From Prorocentrum cordatum (Eukaryota): a stretch of 64,000 nucleotides of DNA. Location: positions 1 through 64,000 of the forward strand of contig CAUYUJ010000014.1 in NCBI GenBank assembly GCA_963575745.1. Reading direction: 5' to 3'. This document shows positions 13,816-28,300 of this stretch, one piece after another. Within the stretch, counting starts at the first letter, position 1. The number at the start of each line of letters is the position of its first letter. Made by a program: the position numbers and the translations under genes. The notes beneath the pieces were generated by a model, which ran no database searches, had not been told where the DNA came from, and worked only from the letters and a program-made list of their open reading frames with translations.

Positions 13816-15409
13816 ACGACGACGACAACGACGACGACGGCGACGACGACGATCGGGGGCGTCCAAGAGGGGGGCGCAAATCACAGCCGGTGGCACGTGC
13901 GCGGCACAAGGGGAAGGCTGGGGACGTGTTGAAAGAAGACGCCACGAAATCTGGTGAGATCTCATGGCCCCGGCCATGACATGCACCCTGTCCTAATGAT
14001 CATCCCCCACTTGGCCGCACCCGAGACGCAGACCCCCGACGTCATGATACTTTTTAGAACGTCGACCGCCAGAGGTCTGGACCCATTCCCCGGGACCAGT
14101 TTCTCGTCCTGAATCGTTTTTTGACGGCCCCGGGGCCTGCTGAGGGCTCCAAGGGGCGGAAACTAGCGAAAAACCTCCCGCCGTGATTTGTTCATGACCC
14201 GAGAATGTCTGTCTTGGCCGCACCCGCGACGAGGGGGACGACGGAACTCGCTAGAGTTCGCCGGTGTGAACGGCCGTGTCGGCGGACTCGGCTCTGAAAG
14301 GTGCCGGGCGGGGGCTTCACCGGAGGCCAGCAGCCTCCAGCCTATGCTGATCGGGGAGGCTGCGGAGGAGGATCAGCAACAGAAGGGGGAGAAGGAGGCG
14401 GAGGAGGAGGAGGAGGAGGAGGAGAAGGAGGAGGAGGAGGAGGATGAGGAAAAGAAGTGGAGGAGGAGGGAAGGAGGAGGATGGAGGAGGAGGAGAGGAG
14501 GAAGGAGAGGAAGGATGAGGAGGAGGAGGAGGAAGAGGACGAGAAAGGGGGGGAGAAAGAGGAGGAGGAGGAGGAGGAGGAGGAGGAGGAGGAGGAGGAG
14601 GAGGAGGAGAAGGGGGGGAGGGGATGGATGAGGAGGAGGAGGGAGGAGGAGGAGGAGGAGGAGGAGGAGGAGGAGGAGGAGGAGGAGGAGGAGGAGGAGG
14701 AGGAGGTCTTCTTGGTGCAGCGGCCGCCACGGGCGCAGCGGCCCTGTGCTGAACGCGCACCTGGCGCAGGCCCAGGATGCACATCTCGCAAACCCCCACC
14801 GAGTGATGAAAAAAAAAACACGACGGGAGGTTCGTAGCTACTTTCAACCTCTGGGCCCTTACTGGGCCCTGGGGCCGTCAAAAACGACTCAGGACGAGAA
14901 GCCGGTCTGGGGGAAGGGGTCCAGACCTCTTGGGGTGGACGGTGTAAAATCACGACGTCGGGGTTCTGGCTCCCCGGCTTGCTTGCGACGCAATACCAGC
15001 TCCTGCAGGACAGCCTCTGGTTGACAAGGAGGTTCATGGGGATCGGTTTCGGTTCGCGATTCGCGTTGGATCGGGTTCGCGGTCTTCCTATAACTGGCCA
15101 TCTCGACGCATATGAACATATATCCGCAGGCACGTCCAGATTCCCCAAGCAGTGCCTGCACCTAGGGGTTCTTACTTGGCGTAACCATTTCGGGGTGAGT
15201 TGCCGTTCTTGCGAGCGGTGCCGCCCGTCGCCGCCGTCGCCGTCGCCGTCGCCGCCGCCGCCGCTCGGGGCGGGTGGCGGCGCTTTTGCGGGCGGTGCCG
15301 CCCGTCGCCGCCGTCGCCGTCACCGTCGCCGTCGCCGCCGTTCGGGGCGAGTGGCGGTTTTTGCGGGCGGTGCCGCCCGTCGCCGCCGTCGCCGTCGCAT
15401 AAGGTTTTT

Positions 15410-15457
<48 letters not shown>

Positions 15458-15519
15458 ATGTATATGTATATATATATAAATAACAAAAAAAAACCTCTGG
15501 GATTATGAATTCGGCTCTC

Positions 15520-18500
15520 TGTATTACAATGTACACACGATTCTGCCACAACGTCCATCTTAAATATGAACTCGTACCATCTCAGCCGAGCCAATACCGA
15601 CCCCCCCCCCCCGCCATCACCTGAATTAGAAACTATGCACGCGCACTCGTTTATCAAAAACCATATGTTTTCAATAATCCTTCCCCCAAAAATGTAGCGA
15701 ATTGCACAGGCGCGCGTTGTCGCGCGCGCGTGCCGAAATCCTTCGAAAACCTTCGGTGTCGCACAAATTTCAAAATCGAGTGTCCACACCACATACATAA
15801 AAAAAACATATGGTTTCATAACAAAGATGTTCAAAACAAAATTTGCGCGCGCGCTCTTGCGAGGTCTTTAAAAAAAAACCGTGGGATTTTGCACAACATT
15901 CATAAAATGCTACCAAAAAGTGCTTCGCTCGCGCATGTCGAAATCGTTCGCGCGACCCGTCGCGAGAATCCTTTGCAACAAATGTGTCGAAATGCGCGAG
16001 GGCGCGTCGTCGCGCGCGTGCCGCAATTCGTCAAACCCTTCGGTTTCGTACCGGCTTCAAAACGGAGCGTCCAACAAAACGCATAAAGAAGTTTCGCAAC
16101 ATCAGTTTTTTTTCGCATTTTTACCAAAAAAAAAAACGCGCGTGCCTTTGCGAATTCTTATGCCCAGCGGGCCTCTGGCGCCGCATGCCGACCTCATTCG
16201 CGCGCCTTCAAGCGCGTGCTGGGGGGGCACGAGTCGTATCAAAGAATACCATGCAGGCCAGTTTCGCGCGTCGGCAGCGAGCGCATGTCGAACTCTTTTC
16301 CGAAACCTTCATCACCCACGCGAGGACGCCGTCATCGTCCCCGGCGCAATCAGCATCGGCGCCCGCACTGGCCGCGCCCGCTGGGATGCGCCCAGCGGTC
16401 AGCGCCACTGCGGCCGCGTCGGTCGCGCCAAACTGGCTGGCCGCTGCGCGCGCGTGCTAGGGTTGGCGCGGTCGCAAAGATGCACCAGCCAAGGCCTGCG
16501 AATGGGTTTTGGAAGCCAAGTTGCGGGCAGGAGGGTGGGACGTTTGCAAGAACATGGAATGTGTCACCTCGTTTGTAAAAATCAAGCGAACCAAATAGAT
16601 GCTCCTTTCTTTGTTATATGTACAATAATACATAAAATATGTTTAAACATTTTAAAATATAAAAAACAAAAACAAAACAAACAAAAAAACATAAAAAAAC
16701 GCCCCCCCCCCCCCCCCCCCCGGGTTTACCGGCCACCTTTTCGCATTGCAATTTACATGTGATTCTGCCCCATCGTCCATCCTAAATATGAACTCGCGCC
16801 GCCCCGGCCGAGCAGGCATCGCCCCCCCCCCCGCCATCCTCTGCGAAACACACTCCTCTGTTTTCAAACATCCGTTGCAAAACAAGGACGTAGCGCACGC
16901 GCGCGCGTCGGCGCGAGCGCATGCCGAAATCCTTCAAAAACCTTCGGTGTCGGGGTTCAAAATCGAGCGTCCAAACACACGTCTAAAACCTTTTGTTTCC
17001 CATCGCGGATGCCCCGGAGAAGCTCGCGCGCACGCTCTTGCGAGTTCTTATGAAAAGCAACGGGGTTTTCACACTTCTCATAACATCTACCAAACGGGCT
17101 TCGCGCGCGCATGTCGAAATCGTTCGCGCGCCCTCGCGGGCGCCCCGTCGCGAGACTCCTTTACAGAAAATCAAACGAAGTGCGCGCGCGCGTCGTCGCG
17201 CGCGCGTTCCGGAAACCTTCGAACACCTTCCGCGTCGCATCGATTTCAAAACCGAATACCAAACAAACATTCAAAAACACCAGGTTTCGCAACATCAGTT
17301 CTCAAACTACGCCTGCGCGCGCGCCCTTGCGAAATCTTAACAAAACCATGTTTTGAACAACTTCATGGGATTATACCAAACGGGCCTCTAGCGCCGCACG
17401 CCGACATAGTTCGCGCGCCCCTGCGCGCGTGTTTTTTTTTGGGGTGGGGCGCGATCCGCGCAACTCTCGCGCGGGCCCCGCGCGCGCGTCGAGCACTTTC
17501 CAACGCCTTCATCGCCGACGCGAGGACGCCGTCATCGACGTCGGCGCGAACAGCATCGGCGCCCGCACTGGCCGCGCCTTCGTCGGCGCGAACATCGTCA
17601 CCGGCATCGCCGCTATCATCGTCACGTCTACCGCAGTCGGCGTTGCCATGATACCGCGCCCGCCCAAGTCGCCGACTCGCAGTGAAGTGCCCGCTGGGAA
17701 TGCGCCCAGCGGTCAGCGCCACCGCGGCTGCGTCGGTCGCGCCGAACTAGCTGGCCGCCGCGCGCGCGTGCTAGGGTTGGAGAGTTCGCAAGGATGCAGC
17801 CAACGCCAAGCATGCATCGCAATCGCCATCGCATGGGTTGTGCGAACCTAGTTGCGGGTGGGTGGGATGTTTGCAAGGTCATGGGAGGTGTCAACTCGTT
17901 TGTTTGCATCAATTGCACTATGTGAATTGCACCGTGTAGATTGCGTCATATAGGTTGCCGCGCAAATTTCACCGCGTTGTTTTCTTCTCTTGCAAGAAAC
18001 AGCTCCACCCCTCCCCCCAGAGATACCCCCCTCTTCGCACTGCAACTTGCATATGACGGTGGTCCATCGCCCATTCTAATTATGAGCTTATACCACCCCA
18101 GCCCAGCCGGATTCACCCCCCCCCGCCATCCTTTGCTAAACACATTATGTGCGCGCGCTCGCTTATCAAAGATCATCAGTTGCTGAGATTCCTGGGCAAA
18201 AACGTTGCGAAATACACACACGCGCGCGTCGTCGCGAACGCATGTCGGCATCCTTCAAAAACCTTGTTGGTGCCCAAAGAACATGCGACGACAAAGAGTT
18301 CCGTGGCGCGGATGTTTAGAAAAGCTTGCGCGCGCTCTTGCGGCCTCTTCAGAACAATGTTTCTTCATTTTGCGATCAAACAATGCCACCCCGAGGTCTT
18401 CGACCGCGCGCATGCCGAAATCGTTCCAACGCACATGCGCGCGTGCTGTTGCGAAAACCCCCCTGCAAAAACTTTATGTTTCGCGAGGGCGTCAAAACCG

Positions 18501-21500
18501 AATATCGCGAAACCATATATAAACACATGTTTTCGCAACACTCATTTGCAAAGAAGCCTGCGCTCGTGCCCACGCGACTGTTTTCCGACATAAGAAAACA
18601 TCGGATTTTCAAGATTGTCTTGGGATTCTGCCAAACGGGCCTCTGGCGCCGCACGCCGACAACATTCGAACGCCCTCGCGCGCGTGCTGGGGGGGCTGAT
18701 CAGTGCCAAATCGTACCATGCGGGCTACTCTCGCGCGTCGGCCACGCGCGCAAGTCGAACTCCTTCCAAAACCTTCGTCGCCAACGCGAGGTCGCCGTCA
18801 TCGTCGCCGGCGCGATCAGCATCGGCACCGCCACTGGCTGCGGCGTCGTCGGGGCGGCTGGCATGATTGCGCGAGCAGCGGAGCTGGCAACTTCAAGTTC
18901 GGAAGGGTTAATTGCGCCACGTAGATTGCGCCGCATAGGTTGCATTGCGCAGGTGCCGCGATAATCTTGCGCCACATAGATTGCGCCGCGTAGATTCTCC
19001 ATCCTATAAAGCGAATGGATGTCTACCCCCCCCCCCCCCCCCCCTCGGCTTTATCAGCGCACCATTTTGTGCTGCAGTTTACACGTGGGTCTGCCCCGTC
19101 GCCCATCCTAGATATGAACTCATACCATCCCAGCCCAGCCAGATTTGACCCCCCCGCCATCTTCTGCAAAAAAAACGGGCGTGCGTACTCGCCTTTTGAA
19201 AAATCAAAAGTTCTTCAATAATCCCTCGCAATGCGGCTTTCCTCCGAAAACTTGTGCGTGCGCACTTGCGAATTCTTGCGACAACCGTTGGCTGTTCAAC
19301 ATTTTCATGACATGCTACCAAACGGGCTTCGCGCGCGCATGTCGGAATCGTTCGAGCGCCCTCGCGCTCGTGCTGGGGTGGCACGATCCACGTCAACTCA
19401 TGCCGCGCGGGCCACTCTCGCGCGTCTGCCGCGCACGCATTCCGAACTCCTTCCCAAACCTTCGTAACTGACGCGAAGACGCCGTCATCGTCGCCGGCGC
19501 GATCAGCATCGGCGCCGTCGCTGGCTGCCCCGTCGTCGCAGTCAGCATCGTCACCGGCGTCGCTACTATCATCGTCGCGTCTACCGCAGTCGGCGTTGCC
19601 ACGATACCGCGCCCGCCCAAGTCGACGACTCGCACTGAGGTGCCCGCTGGGATGCGCCGGGCGGTCAGCGCCGCCAAGTTCGCGTCCTTCGCGCCAAACT
19701 AGCTGGCCGCTGCGCACGCGCGTTCAGGTTGGTGCGGCCGCAGAGATGCACCAGCCAACGAAATCGCAAGCACGCGTGGGTTTTGCGAACCAAGTTGCGG
19801 GTGGGTGGGTGGGATGTTTGCATCGGCGAGGGATGCGTCGACTCGTTTGTTAAAACCCATTGCGTTCCATCGATTGCACCGCGTGGATTGTGCCGCGTAG
19901 ATTGCATCGTATAGATTGCACCGCGCACACAGCAATACATAGGTCGCTTCGAAGCCACTGCGCCACACGCAGCGCGCCGCACATATTGCAATGGCCAATT
20001 GTTGGGAGCCCACGTTGGCTAGCATCAAGACGCTTGATTGCCATTCGATCGGCTCCGCAATCGCGATGTCAGCCAGCGCGGCCCCCCAAGGCAGTGTTGT
20101 TAGCCATCTACGTGGTGCAATAATTGTAGAGGAATGCGCGCGGTGCTACGTGCGCGGTGCAGTTTTTTTCAAAAACGAGTTGACACATTCCGTGCCCTTG
20201 CAAACGCCCCGCCCACCCACCCGCAAATTTGTTTGCAGAAGCCACGCGGCGGCGAGTGCGGCGGGCGCCCGGCGCTGGCTGGCGCGTCTCTGCGGCCGCG
20301 CCAGCCTGCGCATCCGCGCGCGCGCAGCGGCCAGCTAGTTCGGCGCGACCGACGCAGCCGCGGCGGCGCTGACCTCTGGGCACATCCCAGCGGGCACTTC
20401 AGCGCGAGTCGGCGACGCGGGCGGGCACGTCGACAACGGTAGACGCGCTGCTGATTGCGGCGATGCTTGTGGCGACGTCAACACCGACGACGGCGCGGCC
20501 TGTGACGGCGCCGATGCCGATTGCGCCGACGACGATGACGGCGCCCTCGCGTCGGCGACGCAGGCGTCGGAAGGAGTTCGACGCGCGCGCGCGCGGCCGA
20601 CGCGCGAGAGCGAGCTGCGTGGCATCAGTTGATGCGGATCGCCCCCCCCCCCCCCCCCCTCCGGCACGCGCGCAAGGGCGTTCGAATGATTTCGGCACGC
20701 GGCGCTACTGACCCGCTCTGTAGAATTCCATGAAAGCGTTGAAAGAGCTGTACTTGTCTTACGGATTCGCCAGAGCGCGATCGCAAGATTTCTCGAAAGT
20801 GATGTTGCAAAACCATGTTGTTATATGGTTTCGGGGCTCGGGGTTTTGAAGACCTTGCGAGACCGACAGCTGTTGACGGATTCCCGCGCGCGCGCGACAA
20901 CGCGCGCGCGTCCACTCTTTCTAACAACAAAGATAAGGATCCTCGCGACAGCGCGCGCGCAAGGGCGCTCGCGCGAGGTCGAAACGCGCGCGCGTAGCTC
21001 TTTCCAAACATGTATATGTATATATATATATATCGTCCCAACATGTTTTTCTGCAAGAATTAGCAAGAACGCGCGCGAGCCTTTTTTGAACATCCGCGTT
21101 GCGAGAGCATGTGTGTTATATGTTGTTACACGCTCGCTCTTGACATTCTGACGGACAAATGGGTTGCTGAAGGATTTCGGCACGTCCGCGCGACGACGCG
21201 CGCTGACGCGCGGGCACTTCAGCGCGAGTCGGCGACGCGGGCGGGCGCGGTATCATGGCGACGTCGGCAACGGCAGACACGAGGATGATTGCAGCGATGC
21301 CGGTGACGACGGCGACGACGACGACAGCAAGGCAAATGACGGCGCCAATCTTAATCGCGCCGATGACGATGGTGGTGTCCACGCATTGGTCATGACATGT
21401 TTGGTAGGGTTTCGACATGCGCGCGCGGCCAACGGGCGCGAGTTGCCCGCATGGTACCTTTTGACAAGGGCTGCGCCACCCCCCCAACACGCGCGCAAGA

Positions 21501-21900
21501 GCGTTCGAATGATTGCGACATGCGCGCGCGACAGGCCCGTATGGTCGCGTGTGATGAACATGTTGAAAAACCGATGGTTCCCTTAAGAACTTGCAAGACC
21601 GCGCGCAAACGTTGTTCGAAACCGGATGTTGCCAAACCATGTGGTGTTGATGTACCGGGATACTCATTTTTGAAATCCTTGCGAAACCTAAGGTGTGCGA
21701 CGGGTTTCGGCATGTGCGCGCGACAACACGCGCGTGTGTACTTCGTTCGCTGTTTTTGCAAGGGACCCCTGAAAATGAATGATTGCTGATAGACGAGAAT
21801 GCACGCACAGTGCCTTCTGCAGAAAATCATGGGGGGGAGGATGACTGAACGATGGAGCACAAGCACATGCAAACTGCACCTCCCCAGGGCGGGGGGGCAA
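15520..21900. repeat. Degenerate ~1.0-1.3 kb tandem and inverted repeat array rich in CGCGCG and poly-C
   Basis: Blocks such as GCGCGCATGTCGAAATCGTTCG, GGGCCTCTGGCGCCGCA and GCCGTCATCGTCGCCGGCGCGATCAGCATCGG recur in four forward units (~15.5, 16.7, 18.0, 19.1 kb) and in reverse complement at ~20.1-21.9 kb. Confidence 0.75.
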
Positions 21901-21989
21901 TCCCGGGGGGCGGGGCAGATCCGACTTCATTTGTAAAAAAGATCACCCATGTTCGGCCGGATACGTTGTGCAACAAATGTGGTGCAATA

Positions 21990-22215
21990 TAAACCACGGG
22001 ATCACCGCGGGACAACCACGGGACATCCCAGGGACCACCACGGGACATCCATGGGCCAACCACGGGATGGCCACCCCCAGGAAAACCACGGGACAACCAC
22101 AAACAACACACAAGAGAAACACGGGACAGCCACGGGCCAACCACGGGCCAACCACGGGACAACCCACGGGACAGCCGCGGGACAGCCGCGGGACAACCCG
22201 CGGGACAGCCGCGGG
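21990..22215 (+). repeat. 11-bp minisatellite (CCACGGGACAA-like)
   Basis: Repeated CCACGGGACAA / CCGCGGGACAG units. Confidence 0.8.
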
Positions 22216-22362
22216 AAGACCCGCGAGCACAACCCGGCGGACGGGGAACGACTCGTTCTGGCGGACCTGGCCCTGGTTACTGCAGTGGAGGAGCTCGCGC
22301 AGCTTCGCCCCGCCCGCACGCGCGCCGCGAACGACGCAAAGATAAACCGAGCCACTTCGGCC

Positions 22363-25300
22363 TCACCACCCCGAGCCTCCAACAAGCGTCGACAAGCACG
22401 GGGGGTCGTGCTGGCGCTTGCATTAGGTCAGGCGTGCCCTCCTACAGGCGGATTTTGGACGAAAATAACATAAAGAGTCAGATAATAGTCAAGAAAAATG
22501 CGCAAGAAGACTCAAACACAAATCGTCCCCGGACTATTATTTGACAATCCCTCCAGTAGAAGGACACGCCCGACTGAACGCTTGCTGCTCCCCCCGGCTC
22601 GCACGGGGAAAGCGATGGAAGCGCGGGCGCACACGCGCATGCGCGGACCTCCCGCCGCCGACGACCGCCCCCTCAGATCTCGGGGCGCCGCGTGCCGTTG
22701 CCAGAGGAGACCTCGAAGAACGAAGACCTGGGGAGACCAAAAGGCACCGATACCGTTAAGTCGGGCATGTCCCCCTACAGGTGGATTTTGGACGTAAAAT
22801 AAACATTGTTGTTGACTATGTTTGAATTTTCCTCCTGTAGAGGGACAGGCCCGACCTAACGATGCCGCTGCTCCCCGGACCCCCCATGGGGTGCGCTCCG
22901 ACCAGGATCTTGGGGCGAATCCGGCGGTGGCGACGAGGGCCTCCCAGGAGGCTCCAACAGAGGGGAAAGGGGGCGAAGGGTGGAGGTATGGGTACCCTTC
23001 CCAGACATGCGACGTACTGTTTTTTCAATGCGGCGACGCTGGAAGTCCCGACCCTTTCTCCGGGACGGGTTTTTCATCCCGAGTCGTTGTTTGACGGTCC
23101 CGAGGCCCGGCGAGGGCCTCCCGAGGCCGAAAACAGCCAAAAACCTGCCGTCCTGATGTGTTTTCGACGCGATCATGTCTGGGCTTTCCTTCCCCGGAGA
23201 CCCCGAGTCGGAGCCGGCGAAGAAGGAGGAGAAGCGCTTCATGGATCCCAGCAGGTGGGCGCCCTGCTCCGCGACCTGCTCCGACACCTGCGCCACGGCC
23301 TGGCGAGCGGCAACCTGCACCTCGTCCGCGGTGGCCCCCAGCGTGACCCGCGTGTGGTTCGCCCTCTGGAAGAAGGGGGAGGAGGAGGAGGAGGAGGAGG
23401 AGGAGGAGGAGGAGAGGAGGAGGAGGAGGAGGAGGAGGAGGAGGAGGAGGAGGAGGAGGAGGAGGAGGAGGAGGAGGAGGAGACGGAGGAGGAGGAGGGG
23501 AGGAGGAGGAGGAGGAGGAGGAGGAGGAGGAGGAGAGGAGGAGGAGGAGGAGGAGAGGAGGAGGAGGAGACGGAGGAGGAGGAGGAGGAGGAGGGGGAGG
23601 GAGACGGGGGAGGGGAAAGGAGGGGGAGGAGGGGGAGGAAGAGGAGGAGGAGGAGGAAAAGGAGGAGGAGAAGGAGGAGCCTCTGGAACAGGCACTTGGA
23701 CATGAGCATGTCGTAGAGGTTGGAGGGGACCTCTCGAAGCAGAAAAAGAAAGCACTACATAAGCATGAACTTTCGCAGCTCCGCGCGGATTCCTCTTGGG
23801 TCTGCGCTGGGGCCCCCTGGCGTCGCCTCCGGCGCCGCCCCATGGCGCGCCCCGCGCGCCAGGGGGGGGGCTGCAGCGCAGATCCAAGAAATCCGCGCGG
23901 ACCGTCGAAAGTTCATGCTTACTCCGAGCTTCATAATAAGCGTCGGGGGGGCGTCACCCCCACCGACAGCCCCTCTTCGACCCCCGTCGCGGGCAGCCAC
24001 CGCGCGCCAAGGGCGCTCCGACCCCCATCGCGACGCGACGACGAGGCGAGGTTGACCCCCGTCGGGGGGTACCCCCCCACGCTGATTAAGAAACCCAGAG
24101 TATGTCGGGGTTTCTCCCTCCAGCCTCCTTGGCTATCTCCTGGTACACCATGAACTCCTGGGGCAGCGTAGAGAGGCGCCGCGCCGCTGTTCCCCGGCCT
24201 CACGGCGGGGGTGCGCCATGGCCAACATCTTTCGGGGCGAGCCCAGCCGTGGCGACGAGGGCCTCCCAGGAGGCCCAAGCATCCAACAACGAGGCAGGGG
24301 TAGCGGGTCCAAGAGATGCGATGTCTTGCTTCTGGGAGGAAAACAAAAAAGGGGGGGCCAGGAAGTCCCGACCCGTTCCCACCAGGACCGGTCCGGTTCC
24401 TCACCCCGAGCTGCTTTTGCAAGAGTTCTGGGGGCCCAGCAAGGGGCCCCGGAGACCAGAAGAAACTTCCAGTAGCCTCCCGTCGTGTTCTTTTGTGTTC
24501 ACAACGCGAGCATGTCAGGGTGTCAATGCTATAGAGGAAAGAGAACTATGCACATACACCGCCTCTGGCCAGGCCCATCCTGAGCCCAGGATCGGTGCAT
24601 ACGCCCTCTTACCTTGGCCAGGAAGGTATATGCACCGATCCTGGGTCAAGGATGGACGTTGTCAGGATCGGTGCATGTGCATAGTTCTCTTCGCTGGAAA
24701 TGCATTTTTCCCCTCTGACTTCACGAGCGGCGAACGTATCCGTATCCGCGCCCTCGCGGTCTGGACTCTGGGGCTCGGTCCCGCGGCTGCGCGGTCGCAC
24801 GCACACGTTCCGCGCGGAGCAGCTGCGGAAGCACGCCCCGTACCCGCGGGCCCGCGGCCTAGGCGCCTGCTCCCGCGAGGCGGCGGACACGGACGTGCTC
24901 TTCCCAGACCTCCAAAGTCACGGTTTTGAACTCAAGGGGTCCAGGGACACACAAATAAATAGACACAAATAACCAGATTCCCCATATTTTTCCATATTTT
25001 TGTTTGATTGTCGTCTTCCCCCCCACTTCCTGTATTTTCGCATATTTTCTGGGGAATCGACGATTCATTGTGTCTGTTTTGTTTTTCCCCTCCTGAGTAA
25101 CGTCGACCCCCGGCGGTCTGGACCCATTCCCATGGACCGGCTTTTCGTCCCGAGTCGTTTTTGTTGCCGGTCCCGAGGCCCAGTGAGGGCCTCCAGAGGC
25201 CGAACACAGGGAGAAACCTCCCGTAATGATTTGTTCATGGCTCGAGGAGGTCTGGGGATATGCTCTTTGGCCGACGCTGAGCTCCAGCGCCATCTTGCTG

Positions 25301-28300
25301 GCATCGATGGCCGCGTCGGCCATCATGGAGGCCAGGCCCCCGATGAGTGCCGCCGCGGCGCCGCCCGTGGCGAGCCCGGCCCAGGCCATGATGGGCCCGA
25401 AGGCCGCGCTGCCCAGCGACCGCAGCCTCCGAGCATCGTCCAACCGATCCCCATCCCACCTCCGTATCCTCCTCCTCCTCCTCCCTATCCCCTCCTCTCC
25501 TTCCTCCTTTTCCTCCCTCCTCCTCCTCTTCCTCCTCTCCTCCTTTCCCTCCTTCCCTCCTCCTCCCCTCCCCCTCCCTCTCCTCCCCTCCCCTCCCTCC
25601 TCCTCCTCCTCCTCCTCCCTCCTCTCCTCCCTCCTCATCCTTCCTCCTCCTCCTTCTCCTCCTCCTTTCCTCCTTTTCTCCTTCCTCCTCCTCCTCCTTT
25701 TCCTCCTTTTCCTCCTCCTCCTCCTCCTCCTCCTCCTCCTCCTCTCCTCCTCCTTCCTCTTTCCTCTTCTTTTCCTCCTCCTCCTCCTCTCCTCGTCCTT
25801 TTCCTCCCTCCTCGTCCTCCTCCTCCCTCCTCTTCCCTCCCTCCTCCCTCCTCCTCCCTCCCTCCCTCCTCCTCCTCCTCCTCCTCCTCCTCCTCATTCC
25901 TCCTCCTCCTCATCCTCCTCCTCCTCCTCCTCCTCCTCCTCCTCCTCCTCCCTCCTCCTCCCTCCTCCTCCTCCTCCTCCTCCTCCCTCCTCCTCCCTCC
26001 TCCTCCTCTTGCGCGGCCTGGGGCCCTCGTCAGAACTTGCCCACCCATCCCCGGCCAGAGAGGCACACGCGCCGGTCGGAGGAAGCGCGTAAAAGCACAA
26101 AGTGGTGAGGCGGGTAAGGCAGGTTGGGCTCGGTCCCTCCCAGGGAAGGAGGGGAAGGAGGAGGAGGAGGAGGAAGATGCGGAGGAGGAGGAGGATGAGG
26201 AGGAGCAGGAGGAGGAGAAGGAGGAGGGGGAAAACGAGGAGGAGGAGGTGGAGGAGAACGAGGTGGAGGTGGAGGAGGAGGAGGAGGAGGTGGAGGAGGG
26301 GGGCAAAGCACAGCAAGGGCATGCAAGATCCTCTCTGGAGGCAAGAAGGCGCCTTAAAAGCAGATTGGGATCTGTATCCTCTCTCTCTTGGAGTGAGGTA
26401 AGGAGACGCTCCACAGCAGATGGGGGCCCGGGAGCCCAGAAATAGACCTGCTTTCGACGACTGGCGAGTGTGCACGTTCCAGGGCCTGGGCCAGCCCCAC
26501 CCGATGCTGCTGGGGTCGGGCCCCCCCCCGCCCGATGCCCCCCCCCCCTCCCCACCTGTGGGTGTGGACTGGTGCTGCGGTGCCGCCCAAAACCCCGCCG
26601 TGGGTGTGGTGTGGCACCACGGCAGCATGCAACACTGCACCACGAACAACGCACATGCTATCCAGACCGCACGCACGTCACGCCACGCGAACATCTCCCT
26701 CTGAAGATCGCTACATCCACTGGCGAAACCAGCGCCAATCTACGACAAAAAACGCGTTCGGGCACACCCCGTTCAGGCGTTGGCAGAACTGGGTTCAATG
26801 GGACCTGGTTTAGTAATGTGTACTGGGAGACGCCCCCCCGCCCCGTTCCACTAACCGGAACTGCCATTACCCGAAAAAACACCAGCTACGGCAGACCTGG
26901 TCTAGTGACTCTTCGGGGATCTTCTGACCCGGGTCAATCCAGACCCAGGTCAGTCAGGCCTTGCAGAATCCTGCAAGATCCTTCAAGATCCTGCACCCAA
27001 ACCCGGGTCTATGCGAAGGATCCTGCAAGATCCTGCGGGATCCTGAGCCCAAGCCCGGGTCAATGCGACCCTGGCCCTGCAGGATCCTGCAAGATTCGGC
27101 GCTCTGGCCGACCCCGTTTGCATCGACCCCCGCCTCAAGGCTCCCGAGAACTCTGGCCAATCTAGGGGCTCCGGGGCCCCGCTCCTAACCGGGCCCCCTT
27201 GCCTGGGGCCCTGGCTATGCCCGGCCCGTTCGGGACGTGGACCCGTTCGCCCACGAGCCGCTCGCCGTGGTGCCAGCGGGGGGCGCGAGGGGCGCAGCCT
27301 CCCGGCACGCGGGAGAGGCGCAGCCTTCCAGCGCACCACCGGGAGGCCTTCGTCGGAGCGAGCCGAGGCACGCAAGCCCGACGGAAGGGCCGCTGTGCCA
27401 GGTCGGAGCGGAGGGGGCTCGGGAGCCCTCCCGAGCAGGCCGGATCGAGCCGGACCGAGCATAACCGAGCGGCACCGTGAGCGGGAGTAGGCCAGATGAC
27501 GCTGGCTGTCGAGCACGGATCTGCCAGCGCCGCTGCCGAACGAGACCTCCCAGGAGCTGCTCCCGAACTGACTCATCTGGGTGGGGATGCACGCCCGCTC
27601 CCTCGCGTTTCGCGGGGCCCACCCCCACATAGGAGGGTGGGCTGGCTGACACACCGTGGCCCAGTAGGAATGGGGGAGAGCTGCTTACATGATGTTGAGC
27701 CTCCCCATGAAGCCGCTGCTCTCCAGCGCCTTCTGCAGCCCGGTGAGCAGGACCTCAGACGCTCTGAATCTTGTGTGGCTTCGAGCGATGCCCGCCCATA
27801 GACACGAGGCGGCGAGGCGGGGTACCCAGCGGAGCACCGGCACACCTCGCTCCCGGCGGCCGCGGCAGGCACTCGGCCTCCGTCGAAAGCACGAGGCGGG
27901 ACACCCGGGGAGCACCGGCTTGCTCTGGGCCCGGCGGCCGCGGCATGCGGGGCGTGCAAGGCGTGCGCAGAGCTCTTCGCTCTGCTTCCAGCAGCCCCAG
28001 CCGGTCTGCGTGGGGAGCAGGCAACATGGCACGAGCAGAAAAACTCGGAGGTCCGCGCGGATTTCTCGGATCGGCGCTGGACCTCCCTCCATTGCGCGCG
28101 GAGCGCGCAAGGGGGGGCGCCGGAGGCGCCGCCAGGGGGTCCCAGCGGACCTCCGTCTCATGGTTTGTTCCCCTAGGATAACGTGTTTATTCTCTTGGGC
28201 GCCCTAGTTATCCAGGGTATAACTCGGGTCCGGGGGAACTCGGGCTCGGATTCCCAAAAAACTAACCCGAGTTAGCCCTGACCCGAGTTACCCCTGATGA

